Assembly: GCA_964496065.1 (NCBI GenBank)
Contig: CAZBXD010000002.1
Location: forward strand, 34,053-98,052
Source of the DNA: an uncultured Bdellovibrionales bacterium
Lineage (GTDB): Bacteria; Pseudomonadota; Alphaproteobacteria; Micavibrionales; SZUA-601
Reading direction: 5' to 3'
Length of the DNA stretch: 64,000 bases
In this document: positions 10,161 to 20,197 of the stretch, piece after piece
How positions within the stretch are numbered: position 1 is the stretch's first letter
Layout of the letters: the number at the start of each line of letters is the position of its first letter
The notes under the pieces: generated by a model
What the model was told of the DNA's origin: nothing
Database searches by the model: none
Seen by the model: only the letters and a program-made list of their open reading frames with translations
Program-made: the position numbers and the translations under genes

Positions 10161-11114
10161 TTAGCTTTGCTCTTCGACACCAAAACGCCCACCCGGCTTA
10201 AAGCGATTGAGATAGGTTGGTAAAATCACAGATAACGGTGTGGCTTCAACCTCCAAATCAGCAAGAGTGAGTATATTGTCCTTTACAACCGAGTCTGTTT
10301 GCAATGCGCGCACCTGATCCCGGGTTAGGAGCTTACCGGGCAAGTTTTGCAAAACCGTGCCCTTAATAGCAGCGACTTTCCATGGTACTGGCACCAACCA
10401 GCGCTTACGCTCAATCTGATCCAGCATGATACGCATCAACTCTTTAAATGTTTGGATTTCCGGTCCACCAAGTTCATAGGTTTTACCAGCTGTCGACGGA
10501 TCTGTCACACATTTGACAATTGCATCCGCAACATTACAAACATAGACCGGTTGGAATTTTGTCTTGCCACCACCAATCAATGGAAGAGCCGGAGAAAATA
10601 GCGCCATCTGGGCAAAGCGATTAAAGAATTGATCCTCTTCACCAAAAACAATCGACGGGCGTAAAATAGACGCTTTGGCAAAATTTTTCCTCAGTGCCTT
10701 TTCACCCTTTGCCTTTGTTACAAGATATTGTGAAGACGCCCTTTCACTGACCGCCAATGACGATACATGCACCAATGTTTTTATTCCGGCTTTTTTTGCC
10801 AAACGCCCTAAGCGTTTTGGAAAGCCATGATGAATTTTTTCAAAGGTGTTTTTTTTCCCTGATTCAGCCAAAATACCGATCAGGTTGATGATAAGAGTAC
10901 TTTCTTCGATTGCCGCTGCAACCGAGTAATCATCATGGATATCACACAAAAAAGGTACAACTTGTCCGACATTTCCAGCCGGGCGTAGAAAGTAAGCTGA
11001 ACCCGGGCGACGGGTTGCAACCCGAATATTATACCCTAATGCTGCAAGACGGCTGACAACATAGCGCCCAATAAATCCGGTCCCCCCAAAAATAGTAACT
11101 TGTTTATCTTTCAT
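10161..11114 (-). CDS. NDUFA9-like NAD(P)H-binding protein (complex I 39-kDa subunit family, SDR/epimerase fold)
   Basis: 317 aa with an N-terminal Rossmann motif (VTIFGGTGFIGRYVV). Length and layout match the alphaproteobacterial NDUFA9-like family. Confidence 0.75.
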   Translation of the reverse strand: MKDKQVTIFGGTGFIGRYVVSRLAALGYNIRVATRRPGSAYFLRPAGNVGQVVPFLCDIHDDYSVAAAIEESTLIINLIGILAESGKKNTFEKIHHGFPKRLGRLAKKAGIKTLVHVSSLAVSERASSQYLVTKAKGEKALRKNFAKASILRPSIVFGEEDQFFNRFAQMALFSPALPLIGGGKTKFQPVYVCNVADAIVKCVTDPSTAGKTYELGGPEIQTFKELMRIMLDQIERKRWLVPVPWKVAAIKGTVLQNLPGKLLTRDQVRALQTDSVVKDNILTLADLEVEATPLSVILPTYLNRFKPGGRFGVEEQS

Positions 11115-11164
11115 GACCTTGCCTTTATATCCATAGTTTCTAAAAGATACGTAAAAATAAAACG

Positions 11165-12010
11165 CTATTGCAAACTTCTCTTAAGAGAAATAAGTAAAGC
11201 TGATGCCTCTGACACTGCCATTGGATCCCCAATGTTTTCAATATAATGTTCAAGATGGTTTATTGCTTCTTGGCGTTGATCTAGGCGTGCACTCAAAACA
11301 CCGGCATCAAAACGTAATCGAACATTATTAGGCGCAATCAGCAACATTGTTTCAACAGTTTTCATTGCAGATTTAAAATCTTCCCCTGCAATAAGGCGGG
11401 TTTTACGATTATTACATAAACGTAGAAGAATCGAACGATTATTCATTGGTGTATAATAGTCATAATTGAGCTCTGCCCCTTTACCTAGCATGTTTTTTAC
11501 CAAAGCCCTGAGGCAAGCTGCATCCATTACTTGCCCCTCATAAAAAGGGTCAATAATTTCTCTTTGCCCCTGATAGCCAAGACGAACAAGAAAATGACCC
11601 GGAAAATTCAAACCATCAATTTCCCATCCCACAGCACGGGCCACATGTAAATATAAAATACCAAGTGCGACGGGAATACCTCGGCGGCGCTCTATAACTT
11701 GAATAAGACTTGTGTTATCAAGATTATCATAGCCATCCTCATCACCAATATATTTAAATTCGCCTCGAATAACCTCGTTGAGAAGCTCAACACGCGCCAT
11801 CAATTCATCATGAGCGTCAGATAAAACTGCACGCTGTGTGATTTTATTGTGTAGTGTTTCTGCCATTTTTGTCAGATGATTTTGATAGCGATCGAGGTGG
11901 ATTCCGGGCTGATCTATTGCTGCAATTAGTAAAGCTGTTTCTGCCAAGAGGATTTTTTGTTCATTCTCTTGGCCAATTTGCTTCAATTGGTCAGTGATAA
12001 CATCTACCAT
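11165..12010 (-). CDS. SirB1-like transglutaminase-fold / TPR protein
   Basis: 281 aa. The central RRGIPVALGILYLHVARAVGW...NFPGHFLVR segment followed by a TPR-like C-terminus matches the SirB1/UPF0162 layout. Confidence 0.6.
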   Translation of the reverse strand: MVDVITDQLKQIGQENEQKILLAETALLIAAIDQPGIHLDRYQNHLTKMAETLHNKITQRAVLSDAHDELMARVELLNEVIRGEFKYIGDEDGYDNLDNTSLIQVIERRRGIPVALGILYLHVARAVGWEIDGLNFPGHFLVRLGYQGQREIIDPFYEGQVMDAACLRALVKNMLGKGAELNYDYYTPMNNRSILLRLCNNRKTRLIAGEDFKSAMKTVETMLLIAPNNVRLRFDAGVLSARLDQRQEAINHLEHYIENIGDPMAVSEASALLISLKRSLQ

Positions 12011-12654
12011 TCAACTGGCGCATCTCCAGCAGGCTCCATATCATCAGGAACACCTTCATTAACCATAGCCTGTGTTTTTAAACGCACATACGAAACAACT
12101 TCTCTTACATAGGCAAGATTACGGGCATGTGCAATAGCGCGATCAAGTTCAATTTGATCTTGAGCCACGCCCATCAAGTAAACAATACCCCCTACCGTAT
12201 CAACAGTGTAATTCACAGAAACAACATCGCGGTCAAAAACCAGTTTTGCTTTGAGTTTACTTGTAATCAAGGCATCACGCGCAAATCCTGAGATCCCCTC
12301 ACTATTCTGCACACGAATCTCATTAATAACCTGTGTGACGCCAGGCGCTTGCCAAGCCAAACGAACCGCATCAACACGTTGCTCGGGTTTTGGAACGAAA
12401 CCTGTGAGTAAAACACGCCCCTCTCGCACTGTCATATCAGCACGACGAAACATATCCGGATCATGTCGAAGCCAGGCATCATTAATATAAGCCTGGATAC
12501 GGACATCTTTTGAAGCCTGTTCAAGTCCTCCTTCACGCGCACTTGCCAATCCAACCGTTGCGCCGGCTCCTGCGATAATACCTAAAGGAGCACATGCAGA
12601 AATAACTGGGATTATAAGAAATAATAATAGCAAGACTAATAGGCGATATTTCAT
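12004..12654 (-). CDS. BON-domain lipoprotein (OsmY/DolP-like)
   Basis: Start placed at MKYRLLVLLLLFLIIPVISAC, which gives a lipobox. Two BON-like repeats follow. The location downstream of yraN resembles the E. coli yraN...yraP region. Confidence 0.7.
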   Translation of the reverse strand: MKYRLLVLLLLFLIIPVISACAPLGIIAGAGATVGLASAREGGLEQASKDVRIQAYINDAWLRHDPDMFRRADMTVREGRVLLTGFVPKPEQRVDAVRLAWQAPGVTQVINEIRVQNSEGISGFARDALITSKLKAKLVFDRDVVSVNYTVDTVGGIVYLMGVAQDQIELDRAIAHARNLAYVREVVSYVRLKTQAMVNEGVPDDMEPAGDAPVEW

Positions 12655-12680
12655 GAGAAAATCTCTTTGAATTTGAAAAT

Positions 12681-13037
12681 TTATGACCAAGCATTAATGA
12701 CATGATACGGCAGAGAGAATCCACTGACAACCATTACATCAAATCGACAAGAAAAATTTATATAATGCGAATTTTTCATCAAGAAATGCTCTGCAGCGCG
12801 ACGGATCCGTCTCTTAGCATGCGGTGTCACAGCATCAACCCCCTTCTGCCAGGATGATCGTGCCTTTACCTCAATAAAAACTATGGATTGTCCGCGACGA
12901 ACAATAAGGCCAATCTCACCAACTGGTGTTTTGTAGCGGCGTTTTAACACGCGACACCCTTTAAGAAGGAGAACCAATGCACATATCAATTCAGCATGAT
13001 GCCCTTTTTTATAGCACTCAAGACGAGTCGTTGTCAC
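12681..13037 (-). CDS. yraN: YraN family endonuclease-like protein (UPF0102)
   Basis: 118 aa containing GEIGLIVRRGQSIVFIEVKAR, the family core. A GTG start overlaps the rsmI stop. Confidence 0.8.
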   Translation of the reverse strand: MTTTRLECYKKGHHAELICALVLLLKGCRVLKRRYKTPVGEIGLIVRRGQSIVFIEVKARSSWQKGVDAVTPHAKRRIRRAAEHFLMKNSHYINFSCRFDVMVVSGFSLPYHVINAWS

Positions 13038-13921
13038 GTTGTTTGGCTCCCCTTAATAAATAGGGCACGCGCATAGATGACCTTGCGGGGCATACCAGTT
13101 ATTTCAGTGACAATTTCTACTGCATCTTTTAAACTTTTCCCTGCCAAGTGCTCAGCTAAAAATGAATCGACTGTATCCTGATCTATCTCTTTTGATAACC
13201 GGGTTTGATTTGGCGCAATCAATAAAACGATCTCTCCTTTCAGGCTCCCCTTTAGTTTTATCTTCTCTATAAGATCGTCTGTATAACCTTCTATATATTC
13301 TTCAAATTTTTTTGTCACTTCTCTTGCAATCACGATAGGGCGTCGCCCCATAACGGTATGAACTGTCTCGAGAGTTTTGCTTAGTTTCTTAGCGGTTTCA
13401 AATAAAATTATTGTAGCAGGAAGATCAATTAATGGTTCCAAAATATCGCGCCGAGTACTCAGTTTTGTTGGCAAAAAACCACAAAAATGGAAACGATCTG
13501 TTGGTAAGCCGGAAGCGCTTAAAGCTGCCAAGGGCGCATTTGCGCCCGGCACAGGAAAAACATCAACCCCTTCATCACGACACAAACGAACCAGCTTATA
13601 CCCCGGATCACTGATACACGGCATACCCGCATCGCTGATCAGGGCAATCGCCTTGCCTTTTTGGATCGTAGCAACAATGTTTTCACGCACCTTAGTTGTG
13701 GAATAATCATGATAAGATTTTGGAATTTTTTTAATACCTAGCGTTTGCAGAAGCTTGCGACTGACCCGAGTATCTTCGCAATAAATTACATCCGCTTCTT
13801 GTAAAACATCCATTGCTCGCAACGTAATGTCGCGCAGGTTACCTATCGGTGTCGCCACAAGATAGAGCGCTGGAACAATACTATTTTTTTCGCCAACTTT
13901 AGGGACTACCTGTTTACTCAT
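13034..13921 (-). CDS. rsmI: 16S rRNA (cytidine1402-2'-O)-methyltransferase
   Basis: LYLVATPIGNLRDITLRA...CEDTR motifs are present. Start chosen at the ATG at 13921 (MSKQVV...); the longer ORF extends to 13972. Confidence 0.9.
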   Translation of the reverse strand: MSKQVVPKVGEKNSIVPALYLVATPIGNLRDITLRAMDVLQEADVIYCEDTRVSRKLLQTLGIKKIPKSYHDYSTTKVRENIVATIQKGKAIALISDAGMPCISDPGYKLVRLCRDEGVDVFPVPGANAPLAALSASGLPTDRFHFCGFLPTKLSTRRDILEPLIDLPATIILFETAKKLSKTLETVHTVMGRRPIVIAREVTKKFEEYIEGYTDDLIEKIKLKGSLKGEIVLLIAPNQTRLSKEIDQDTVDSFLAEHLAGKSLKDAVEIVTEITGMPRKVIYARALFIKGSQTT

Positions 13922-13978
13922 GACTTTTATAACGCTACACTTTGATTTCATATATTGTACCTTCAGGATCATAGCCCG

Positions 13979-15445
13979 ATGTCTTCACAAAGATCAAATT
14001 GGAAACGTTTATCCCCCATTATTTTTGCTATTTTGATAAGTGTAGCTCTGATTGCATGTGCCAGCTCTCCGTCTAATTACGATTCTCCTTGGCTGAATGG
14101 CGATTCAGTTTATCAACCCGGTGATGTCGACCCCGAATCTCTTCCACAATATACCCCTATCCGTGAAGGGACTTTAGGCGACAGTCGCGGCCCATACAGC
14201 CCACAAACTGAAATCACTCAAGAAACCGCAGCAGCGCTTACTATGGGCCAGCGTTTTGAGCTCCCGAAAACATATACCGTGCCAGATGATTTTGAAATTG
14301 GTGACCTCCCCGAAGCTACGATTTCACAAGAACCAAAAGTTAAGGTTGCTGTTCTTTTACCGATAACGGGCAAGGCATCCGATTTGGGCAAAGCCATGTC
14401 AAATGCCGCACAATTAGCGCTGTTTGATATTGCTGGCTCAAACATCACAATGATCACACGGGACACCAAAGGCACAGCAGTAGGTGCACGCATAGCCGCC
14501 AAAGAGGCTCTTGATCAAGGCGCGCAAATTATCCTTGGGCCACTTTTCTCTCACTCTGTGAAAGCTGTTGCCCCGCTTGCTCGCGCTAAAAATATTAATG
14601 TTATTGCCTTTTCAACGGATTGGTCGATCACTGGTCAAAATGTTTTCACAATGGGCTTTCTCCCCTTTAGTCAGGTAACAAGGGTGGTTGATTACGCACT
14701 AAGACATAATCGAACAAAGATTGGTATTATGGTGCCACAGACGCCCTATGGCACTGCGGTTTATGGTACGTTACAAAACGCTCTATCCGCACAAGGTTTG
14801 CGCCCGACAAAGGTGGCGCATTTTGTCCCCGGCGCGGCCAGTTCCAATGCCGTGATCCGGCAATTTGCCGAATATGATCAACGTCGGGGCATGGTCAACC
14901 TCGAGGAAGAGGTTGATCCAGACGCCCCGATCCAGGTAGAAGACATCAAAACCCCGATGGCGCCGACGAGCTATGACACAATTCTCTTACCACTAGGCGG
15001 CAGTAGCCTGGCTTCTACCGCCGCTCTGCTAACCCATTACGGTGTTGATACTGATCAGGTGAAGCTGATCGGGACAGGCCTGTGGGATGATCGCGCGTCT
15101 GTCTCTGAACGTGCCCTGCTCGGCGGATGGTATGCCGCCCCTGATCCACGTCAACGCGAGGCCTTTATGGAGAAATACTACCAAACCTTTAGTGTTGAGC
15201 CACCACGCTTGGCATCACTGGCCTATGATGCGACGGCCCTTGCCGCTGTCCTCGCCTATACTGGTATTCAACGCGGAGGTGCCCCGGCCTTTGACCGCGC
15301 CTCCATCACCTCCCCGCATGGGTTTTCCGGGATTGATGGTATCTTTCGTTTCCGTCAAGACGGGTTAGTGGAGCGTGGCCTCGCCGTTTTGGAAGTCCAA
15401 CGCGGCGATCCGCGCGTCCTCGACCCCGCCCCAACGCGGTTTTAA
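13979..15445 (+). CDS. LpoA-like lipoprotein with a periplasmic type-1 ligand-binding fold (candidate penicillin-binding-protein activator)
   Basis: Lipobox ALIAC, then VAVLLPITGKASDLG...RDTKGT...ILGPLFS, typical of the family. The gene is divergent from rsmI, as in many proteobacteria. ATG at 13979 is preferred over the TTG at 13955. Confidence 0.65.
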   Translation: MSSQRSNWKRLSPIIFAILISVALIACASSPSNYDSPWLNGDSVYQPGDVDPESLPQYTPIREGTLGDSRGPYSPQTEITQETAAALTMGQRFELPKTYTVPDDFEIGDLPEATISQEPKVKVAVLLPITGKASDLGKAMSNAAQLALFDIAGSNITMITRDTKGTAVGARIAAKEALDQGAQIILGPLFSHSVKAVAPLARAKNINVIAFSTDWSITGQNVFTMGFLPFSQVTRVVDYALRHNRTKIGIMVPQTPYGTAVYGTLQNALSAQGLRPTKVAHFVPGAASSNAVIRQFAEYDQRRGMVNLEEEVDPDAPIQVEDIKTPMAPTSYDTILLPLGGSSLASTAALLTHYGVDTDQVKLIGTGLWDDRASVSERALLGGWYAAPDPRQREAFMEKYYQTFSVEPPRLASLAYDATALAAVLAYTGIQRGGAPAFDRASITSPHGFSGIDGIFRFRQDGLVERGLAVLEVQRGDPRVLDPAPTRF

Positions 15446-15727
15446 TTAATCCTCATCCACAACCTTATAATCCTCAACATCTATTGTCTTGCCATCGAGA
15501 GAGGTTGAATCCCGGTATTGTTGACTGCGTTCTTGGGCTTTTTTCACACGTTCCGTCATATCTTTAAATTGATCTTCCATCATCTTCCCCATTTTAAATT
15601 TGAGGAAGAGCAGGCCAAAGGTGCCAATAATTAGGGCAATCCCAGCGAGGAACAGACCAACAATCCCGCTGACCACCCAAAGAGCAATGCGCATAATCGT
15701 CGCGATAATGTGCGTTAAGAATGTCAT
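15446..15727 (-). CDS. small membrane protein, hypothetical
   Basis: 93 aa from the ATG at 15727, preceded by GAGGA. It has two predicted TM helices and a charged tail. The longer form would overlap the upstream gene. Confidence 0.4.
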   Translation of the reverse strand: MTFLTHIIATIMRIALWVVSGIVGLFLAGIALIIGTFGLLFLKFKMGKMMEDQFKDMTERVKKAQERSQQYRDSTSLDGKTIDVEDYKVVDED

Positions 15728-15737
15728 GGCTTTTTCC

Positions 15738-16754
15738 TCATCCTTGGGGGACCCCTTTATCGGTCGAATGTTCAAAATTCAGCGCCTCACCCGGATGAAC
15801 GATCGGGAAAATCGCATGCGCGGCCATCGCGCCCTCACTAAAGCCTTGCAAGATCAATTTCAGCTTGCCTGGATAATGGCTGATATCGCCGATCGCAAAA
15901 ACCCCCGGCACAGAAGTTTCGCAGGTCGCAGGATTAATCGCAATCTGACTTTTATGCAGATCCAGCCCCCATTCCGCGATCGGCCCTAAATTCATCGCCA
16001 AACCAAAAAACGGCAGAAGAACATCCACATCCAGCACCCGTTCTTCTCCCTCCAGGGTTTTGACATGGACTTTACTCAACTGCCCGTTTTCACCCTCCAG
16101 AGAGGCTAATTGATACGGCACGATAAGCTCAACCTTGCCCATTTCCGCCAAGGCACGCAGTTGATTAACGCTTTCCGGCGCGGCGCGGAATTTATCCCGA
16201 CGATGCACGACGGCAACCGATTCTGCCACCTCTGCCAGAGACAACGCCCAATCGACCGCACTATCGCCACCGCCAGCAATCACGACCCTCTTGCCCTTAA
16301 AATCATCGCGCCGACGAACCATATAAAATACGGATGTCTCTTCGAATGCCTCAATCCCGGCCAGTGGGGGGCGGTTGGGCCCGAAAGATCCGGCGCCTCC
16401 AGCAATAATAATCGCCTTAGCTTGCACCTGTGTGCCTTTTGATGTGGTCAAATACCACAGGTCCTCTTGCTTTTCAATTTTAATGACTTGTTGACCAAGA
16501 AGATAGTTGGGCTTAAACGGCGCTGCTTGTTGCTCCAATTGGTCGATTAGAGCGCCCGCATCAATTTTTGGATAGGCCGGAATATCATAGATCGGCTTTT
16601 CAGGATAAAGCGCCGTACATTGCCCACCGACAGAAGAGAGTGTGTCAATCACAACACAGGACATATTCAACATCCCACACTGAAATATGGCGAACAGACC
16701 GGCTGGCCCCGCCCCAATAATTGCTACATCTTTGATAACAGTTTGCTCTGTCAT
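15738..16754 (-). CDS. ferredoxin-NADP(+) reductase, thioredoxin-reductase-like type
   Basis: IIGAGPAGLFA...GGQCTALYPEKPIYDIPAYP and a second GGGDSAVDWA dinucleotide motif. Start chosen at MTEQTV (16754). Confidence 0.8.
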   Translation of the reverse strand: MTEQTVIKDVAIIGAGPAGLFAIFQCGMLNMSCVVIDTLSSVGGQCTALYPEKPIYDIPAYPKIDAGALIDQLEQQAAPFKPNYLLGQQVIKIEKQEDLWYLTTSKGTQVQAKAIIIAGGAGSFGPNRPPLAGIEAFEETSVFYMVRRRDDFKGKRVVIAGGGDSAVDWALSLAEVAESVAVVHRRDKFRAAPESVNQLRALAEMGKVELIVPYQLASLEGENGQLSKVHVKTLEGEERVLDVDVLLPFFGLAMNLGPIAEWGLDLHKSQIAINPATCETSVPGVFAIGDISHYPGKLKLILQGFSEGAMAAHAIFPIVHPGEALNFEHSTDKGVPQG

Positions 16755-16810
16755 TTCAATTTTAAACCCATTAACATACAAGACCATAAGCATAGCGAAA
16801 AAATAAAACC

Positions 16811-17272
16811 ATGCAATTCCAGATTAACACCGAAACCCAGACAAAAAAAATAGCTGAACAGCTCGCTTCCTTTTTGACGATTGGCGACGTTGTTTTCCTT
16901 ATTGGTGATTTAGGCGTTGGAAAAACCACCTTTGCCCGTTATTTGATCCAATCTCACGGTAGTGCAGACCAGATCGTACCCAGCCCAACTTTTACTCTGG
17001 TTCAGTCTTATGATCTGTCAATACAACTGGATCACTATGACCTTTATCGTTTAAATGAAACGGATGCAGAGGATGATATTATTGAGCTGGGTTGGGAAGA
17101 TAGTCTGGTTCAAGCCATTACCGTTATAGAATGGCCGGATCGACTTGGTACGCTGACCCCACATGACCGACTTGAAATACAGATCACGCTTAATGATGAT
17201 GGGACACGTCTGATCAAAATCAATCCCTACGGGGAATGGAAAAATCGGCTCCTAACTTTCACGGAGGAATAG
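16811..17272 (+). CDS. tsaE: tRNA threonylcarbamoyladenosine biosynthesis ATPase TsaE
   Basis: 153 aa with Walker A GDLGVGKTT and the HYDLYRL motif. Confidence 0.85.
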   Translation: MQFQINTETQTKKIAEQLASFLTIGDVVFLIGDLGVGKTTFARYLIQSHGSADQIVPSPTFTLVQSYDLSIQLDHYDLYRLNETDAEDDIIELGWEDSLVQAITVIEWPDRLGTLTPHDRLEIQITLNDDGTRLIKINPYGEWKNRLLTFTEE

Positions 17273-20197
17273 GTGACACAGGCTAATATCCATTATATCC
17301 CGGCAGGCCTGCCATTTACCGATACGCTGGCGAAGGGCTTGCTTACTCAATACAAAGAGAACCCAGTAAAATTAAGCCAGATCAATATTTACCTTCCCAA
17401 TCGTCGTAGTTGTCGCACTTTATCTGAGAGTTTTCTGAAACTCACCAATGGTCAAGTGACGATTCTACCTCGCATGATTCCGATTGGAGATATGGATTTG
17501 GACGACCTCCTCCTCAGTGATCTTTTGCCAAATTTATCAATCACAGAACCGATCCAGCCATTATCCCGGCAATTTTTACTTGCACAAATGATTATGGCGC
17601 GTGGTGATCTTGACCTGTCATACGACCAAGCCATTCGATTAGCTGTTGATCTTGGGCGTTTGATTGACCAAGTCCATGCTTATGACCTGAATGCTGAAAA
17701 CTTAGCGAGCCTGGTCCCAGAAGAATTTGCCGAACATTGGAAAATTACGCTCGATTTTTTAAGTATTATTATTCAAACTTTACCGGATATTCTCCGAGAG
17801 AAAAATTTGTGTAATCCATCTGAATATCGTAACCGGCTTCTTGATTTAAAATCAGAATTATTCAAAAACACGCCACCGAAAAACCCAATTATCGCCGCTG
17901 GTGCTACCGGGACTATTCCAGCTACTGCGCAATTTTTAATAACCATTGCACAAATGCCCACAGGATCTCTTATTCTACCTGGCCTTGATCAGCACTTAGA
18001 CGAAGAAAGCTGGGATTCTTTAGATCAATCTCATCCACAATATGCATTGAAAAACCTTCTTGATCTTGCCGATTCGCCGCGATCGGCAGTCAAGAAATGG
18101 CCCTTTATTGAAAAATCAGACCAGCAAAACCCAAAAACAAACCATATTATTCAGGCTCGGCAATCACTCATCAGTGAAGTAATGCGTCCTGCAACAACAT
18201 CCCATAAATGGTATGAGCTCACCCTTGATCCACTTTGTGTTGATGGCATCACAAATATCGTAGCAGAAAATCCACAAGAAGAAGCTCAAATCATTGCCCT
18301 GATGATGCGTGAAGTACTCGAAACTCCACAAAAAACTGCCATGCTTGTCACCCCTGATCGTGACCTTGCGCGCCGCGTTGCAACTAACTTAAAACGATGG
18401 CAAGTTGACATTGATGATTCTGCTGGAATACCGCTATCGAAGACTGTTCTAGGGCATTTTTTAACCCTAATTGCACGGATGTTAGATCATCAACACCATA
18501 CGGTTTTATTACTTGAAATGCTCAAACATTCCTTTTGCCAATTCGGTGATAAAAAAGTAGCTTACAATGATTCTATAACGCTTTTTGAAAAAGAAATCAT
18601 GCGGGGGCCTCGCCTTGATAATATTGATGCCATTAAACAAAAGATTGATCACCTTAAAGAAAGTGAAAACCGTAAACGCCTCAAGACCCTTATTACAGAA
18701 ATAGAAAATACGTTTTCAATAGTTTGGAATAAGAAAGAAGAAATTTTTAGCAACTGGATCGATCACCATATTATGATTGCGGAAACGCTTGGCATGCCAG
18801 ATACCCTGTGGCGTGATGAAATGGGTGAAGCAGCAGCAACACTATTCAGTGATCTTAAAAATAGCATCCACTGGCATCCCGCTATGACTGCATCAGGATA
18901 TGCTGACATAATCGAAACGCTGATGAGTCAGATTACAATCCGGCCCCGTTATCAGAAACATCCGCGTCTTAAAATTCTTTCTCCCATTGAGGGACAACTG
19001 CAATCAGCCGATCTGATGATTATGAGTGGATTAAATGAAGGGGTTTGGCCGATAAGTCAAAATCATGATCCCTGGATGTCACGACCAATGCGGCAACAAT
19101 TTGGTCTCCCCAGTCTTGAACGGCAAATTGGTCTTTCTGCCCATAATTTTTGTCAACATTTTGCCTCACCGCGTGTCATTCTCACTCGCTGTCAAATGAA
19201 TGACGGCGCACAAACCGTACCAAGCCGGTGGCTTTTACGCTTGGAGACTGTTTTAAAACAAGCCAAAACACCTCCTTTATCTGGGGCTTATCCTTATCAG
19301 ATTCTTGCACAAGAAATTGACTATACAGACACCACAACCCCTTGTGAGCAACCGCATCCAACCCCACCCGTTGCAGTGCGTCCATTAAAACTCTCCGCCA
19401 CAGAAATTGAAACATGGATCCGTGATCCTTATAGCATCTACGCTAAACATGTCCTAAAGCTTCGAAAACTGAAGGAAATTGAGGAGGATGAAGAAAGCCG
19501 GGATTGGGGAACCTATGTCCATCATGTTTTAGAGGTTTTCACTAATCAGCAACATGATATCAATAAAAAGGATATTTTAAAAATTCTTCTTAGAATTGCT
19601 GATCAACATCTTGAAGAAAAAACGCTGCGCCCTGAACAACACAAACAATGGCGCTCAAAGTTTGAACATATTGCGGAATGGTTTATTGATTATGAGCGCA
19701 CGAATAGCGCTGTTTTAAAACGCCTCGGTGAACGCAGCGGTACAATCACAATCAATGACTTCACCTTAACTGGCCGAGTTGACCGGCTTGATCTTTGTTG
19801 TGATAACAAGATGCAAATTATTGATTACAAAACCGGGAGTGTACCAACGAAAACGGCCGTTAAAAAAGGCTATGCCCCTCAACTTTCTCTCATGGGTCTT
19901 ATTGCCGAAAATGGCGGATTTGGTGAAGGCAAAGAATTCAATATCGCACAACTGAGCTATTACAAATTTTCTGGAAAAAAAGAAAAACCCGCTGACGTGA
20001 TTACGTTTTCCGATCCTGAAACACTGATCCAAAAATCTAAAGAACACCTTCTAAAGTTGATCGAGGCTTTTTCAAAAATAGATACACCCTATTGGTCAAT
20101 TCCTAACTTTGCCGTAAAACCAACCTATAATGATTACGAGCATCTTGCACGGATTCAAGAATGGTCAGCCAATGATGAGACGGGTGACGATATATGA
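17273..20197 (+). CDS. addB: double-strand break repair protein AddB (alphaproteobacterial type)
   Basis: 974 aa from a GTG start directly after the tsaE stop. A C-terminal PD-(D/E)xK-like segment (GRVDRLD...IIDYKTG) is present, and the gene is coupled to addA (ATGA). Confidence 0.85.
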   Translation: MTQANIHYIPAGLPFTDTLAKGLLTQYKENPVKLSQINIYLPNRRSCRTLSESFLKLTNGQVTILPRMIPIGDMDLDDLLLSDLLPNLSITEPIQPLSRQFLLAQMIMARGDLDLSYDQAIRLAVDLGRLIDQVHAYDLNAENLASLVPEEFAEHWKITLDFLSIIIQTLPDILREKNLCNPSEYRNRLLDLKSELFKNTPPKNPIIAAGATGTIPATAQFLITIAQMPTGSLILPGLDQHLDEESWDSLDQSHPQYALKNLLDLADSPRSAVKKWPFIEKSDQQNPKTNHIIQARQSLISEVMRPATTSHKWYELTLDPLCVDGITNIVAENPQEEAQIIALMMREVLETPQKTAMLVTPDRDLARRVATNLKRWQVDIDDSAGIPLSKTVLGHFLTLIARMLDHQHHTVLLLEMLKHSFCQFGDKKVAYNDSITLFEKEIMRGPRLDNIDAIKQKIDHLKESENRKRLKTLITEIENTFSIVWNKKEEIFSNWIDHHIMIAETLGMPDTLWRDEMGEAAATLFSDLKNSIHWHPAMTASGYADIIETLMSQITIRPRYQKHPRLKILSPIEGQLQSADLMIMSGLNEGVWPISQNHDPWMSRPMRQQFGLPSLERQIGLSAHNFCQHFASPRVILTRCQMNDGAQTVPSRWLLRLETVLKQAKTPPLSGAYPYQILAQEIDYTDTTTPCEQPHPTPPVAVRPLKLSATEIETWIRDPYSIYAKHVLKLRKLKEIEEDEESRDWGTYVHHVLEVFTNQQHDINKKDILKILLRIADQHLEEKTLRPEQHKQWRSKFEHIAEWFIDYERTNSAVLKRLGERSGTITINDFTLTGRVDRLDLCCDNKMQIIDYKTGSVPTKTAVKKGYAPQLSLMGLIAENGGFGEGKEFNIAQLSYYKFSGKKEKPADVITFSDPETLIQKSKEHLLKLIEAFSKIDTPYWSIPNFAVKPTYNDYEHLARIQEWSANDETGDDI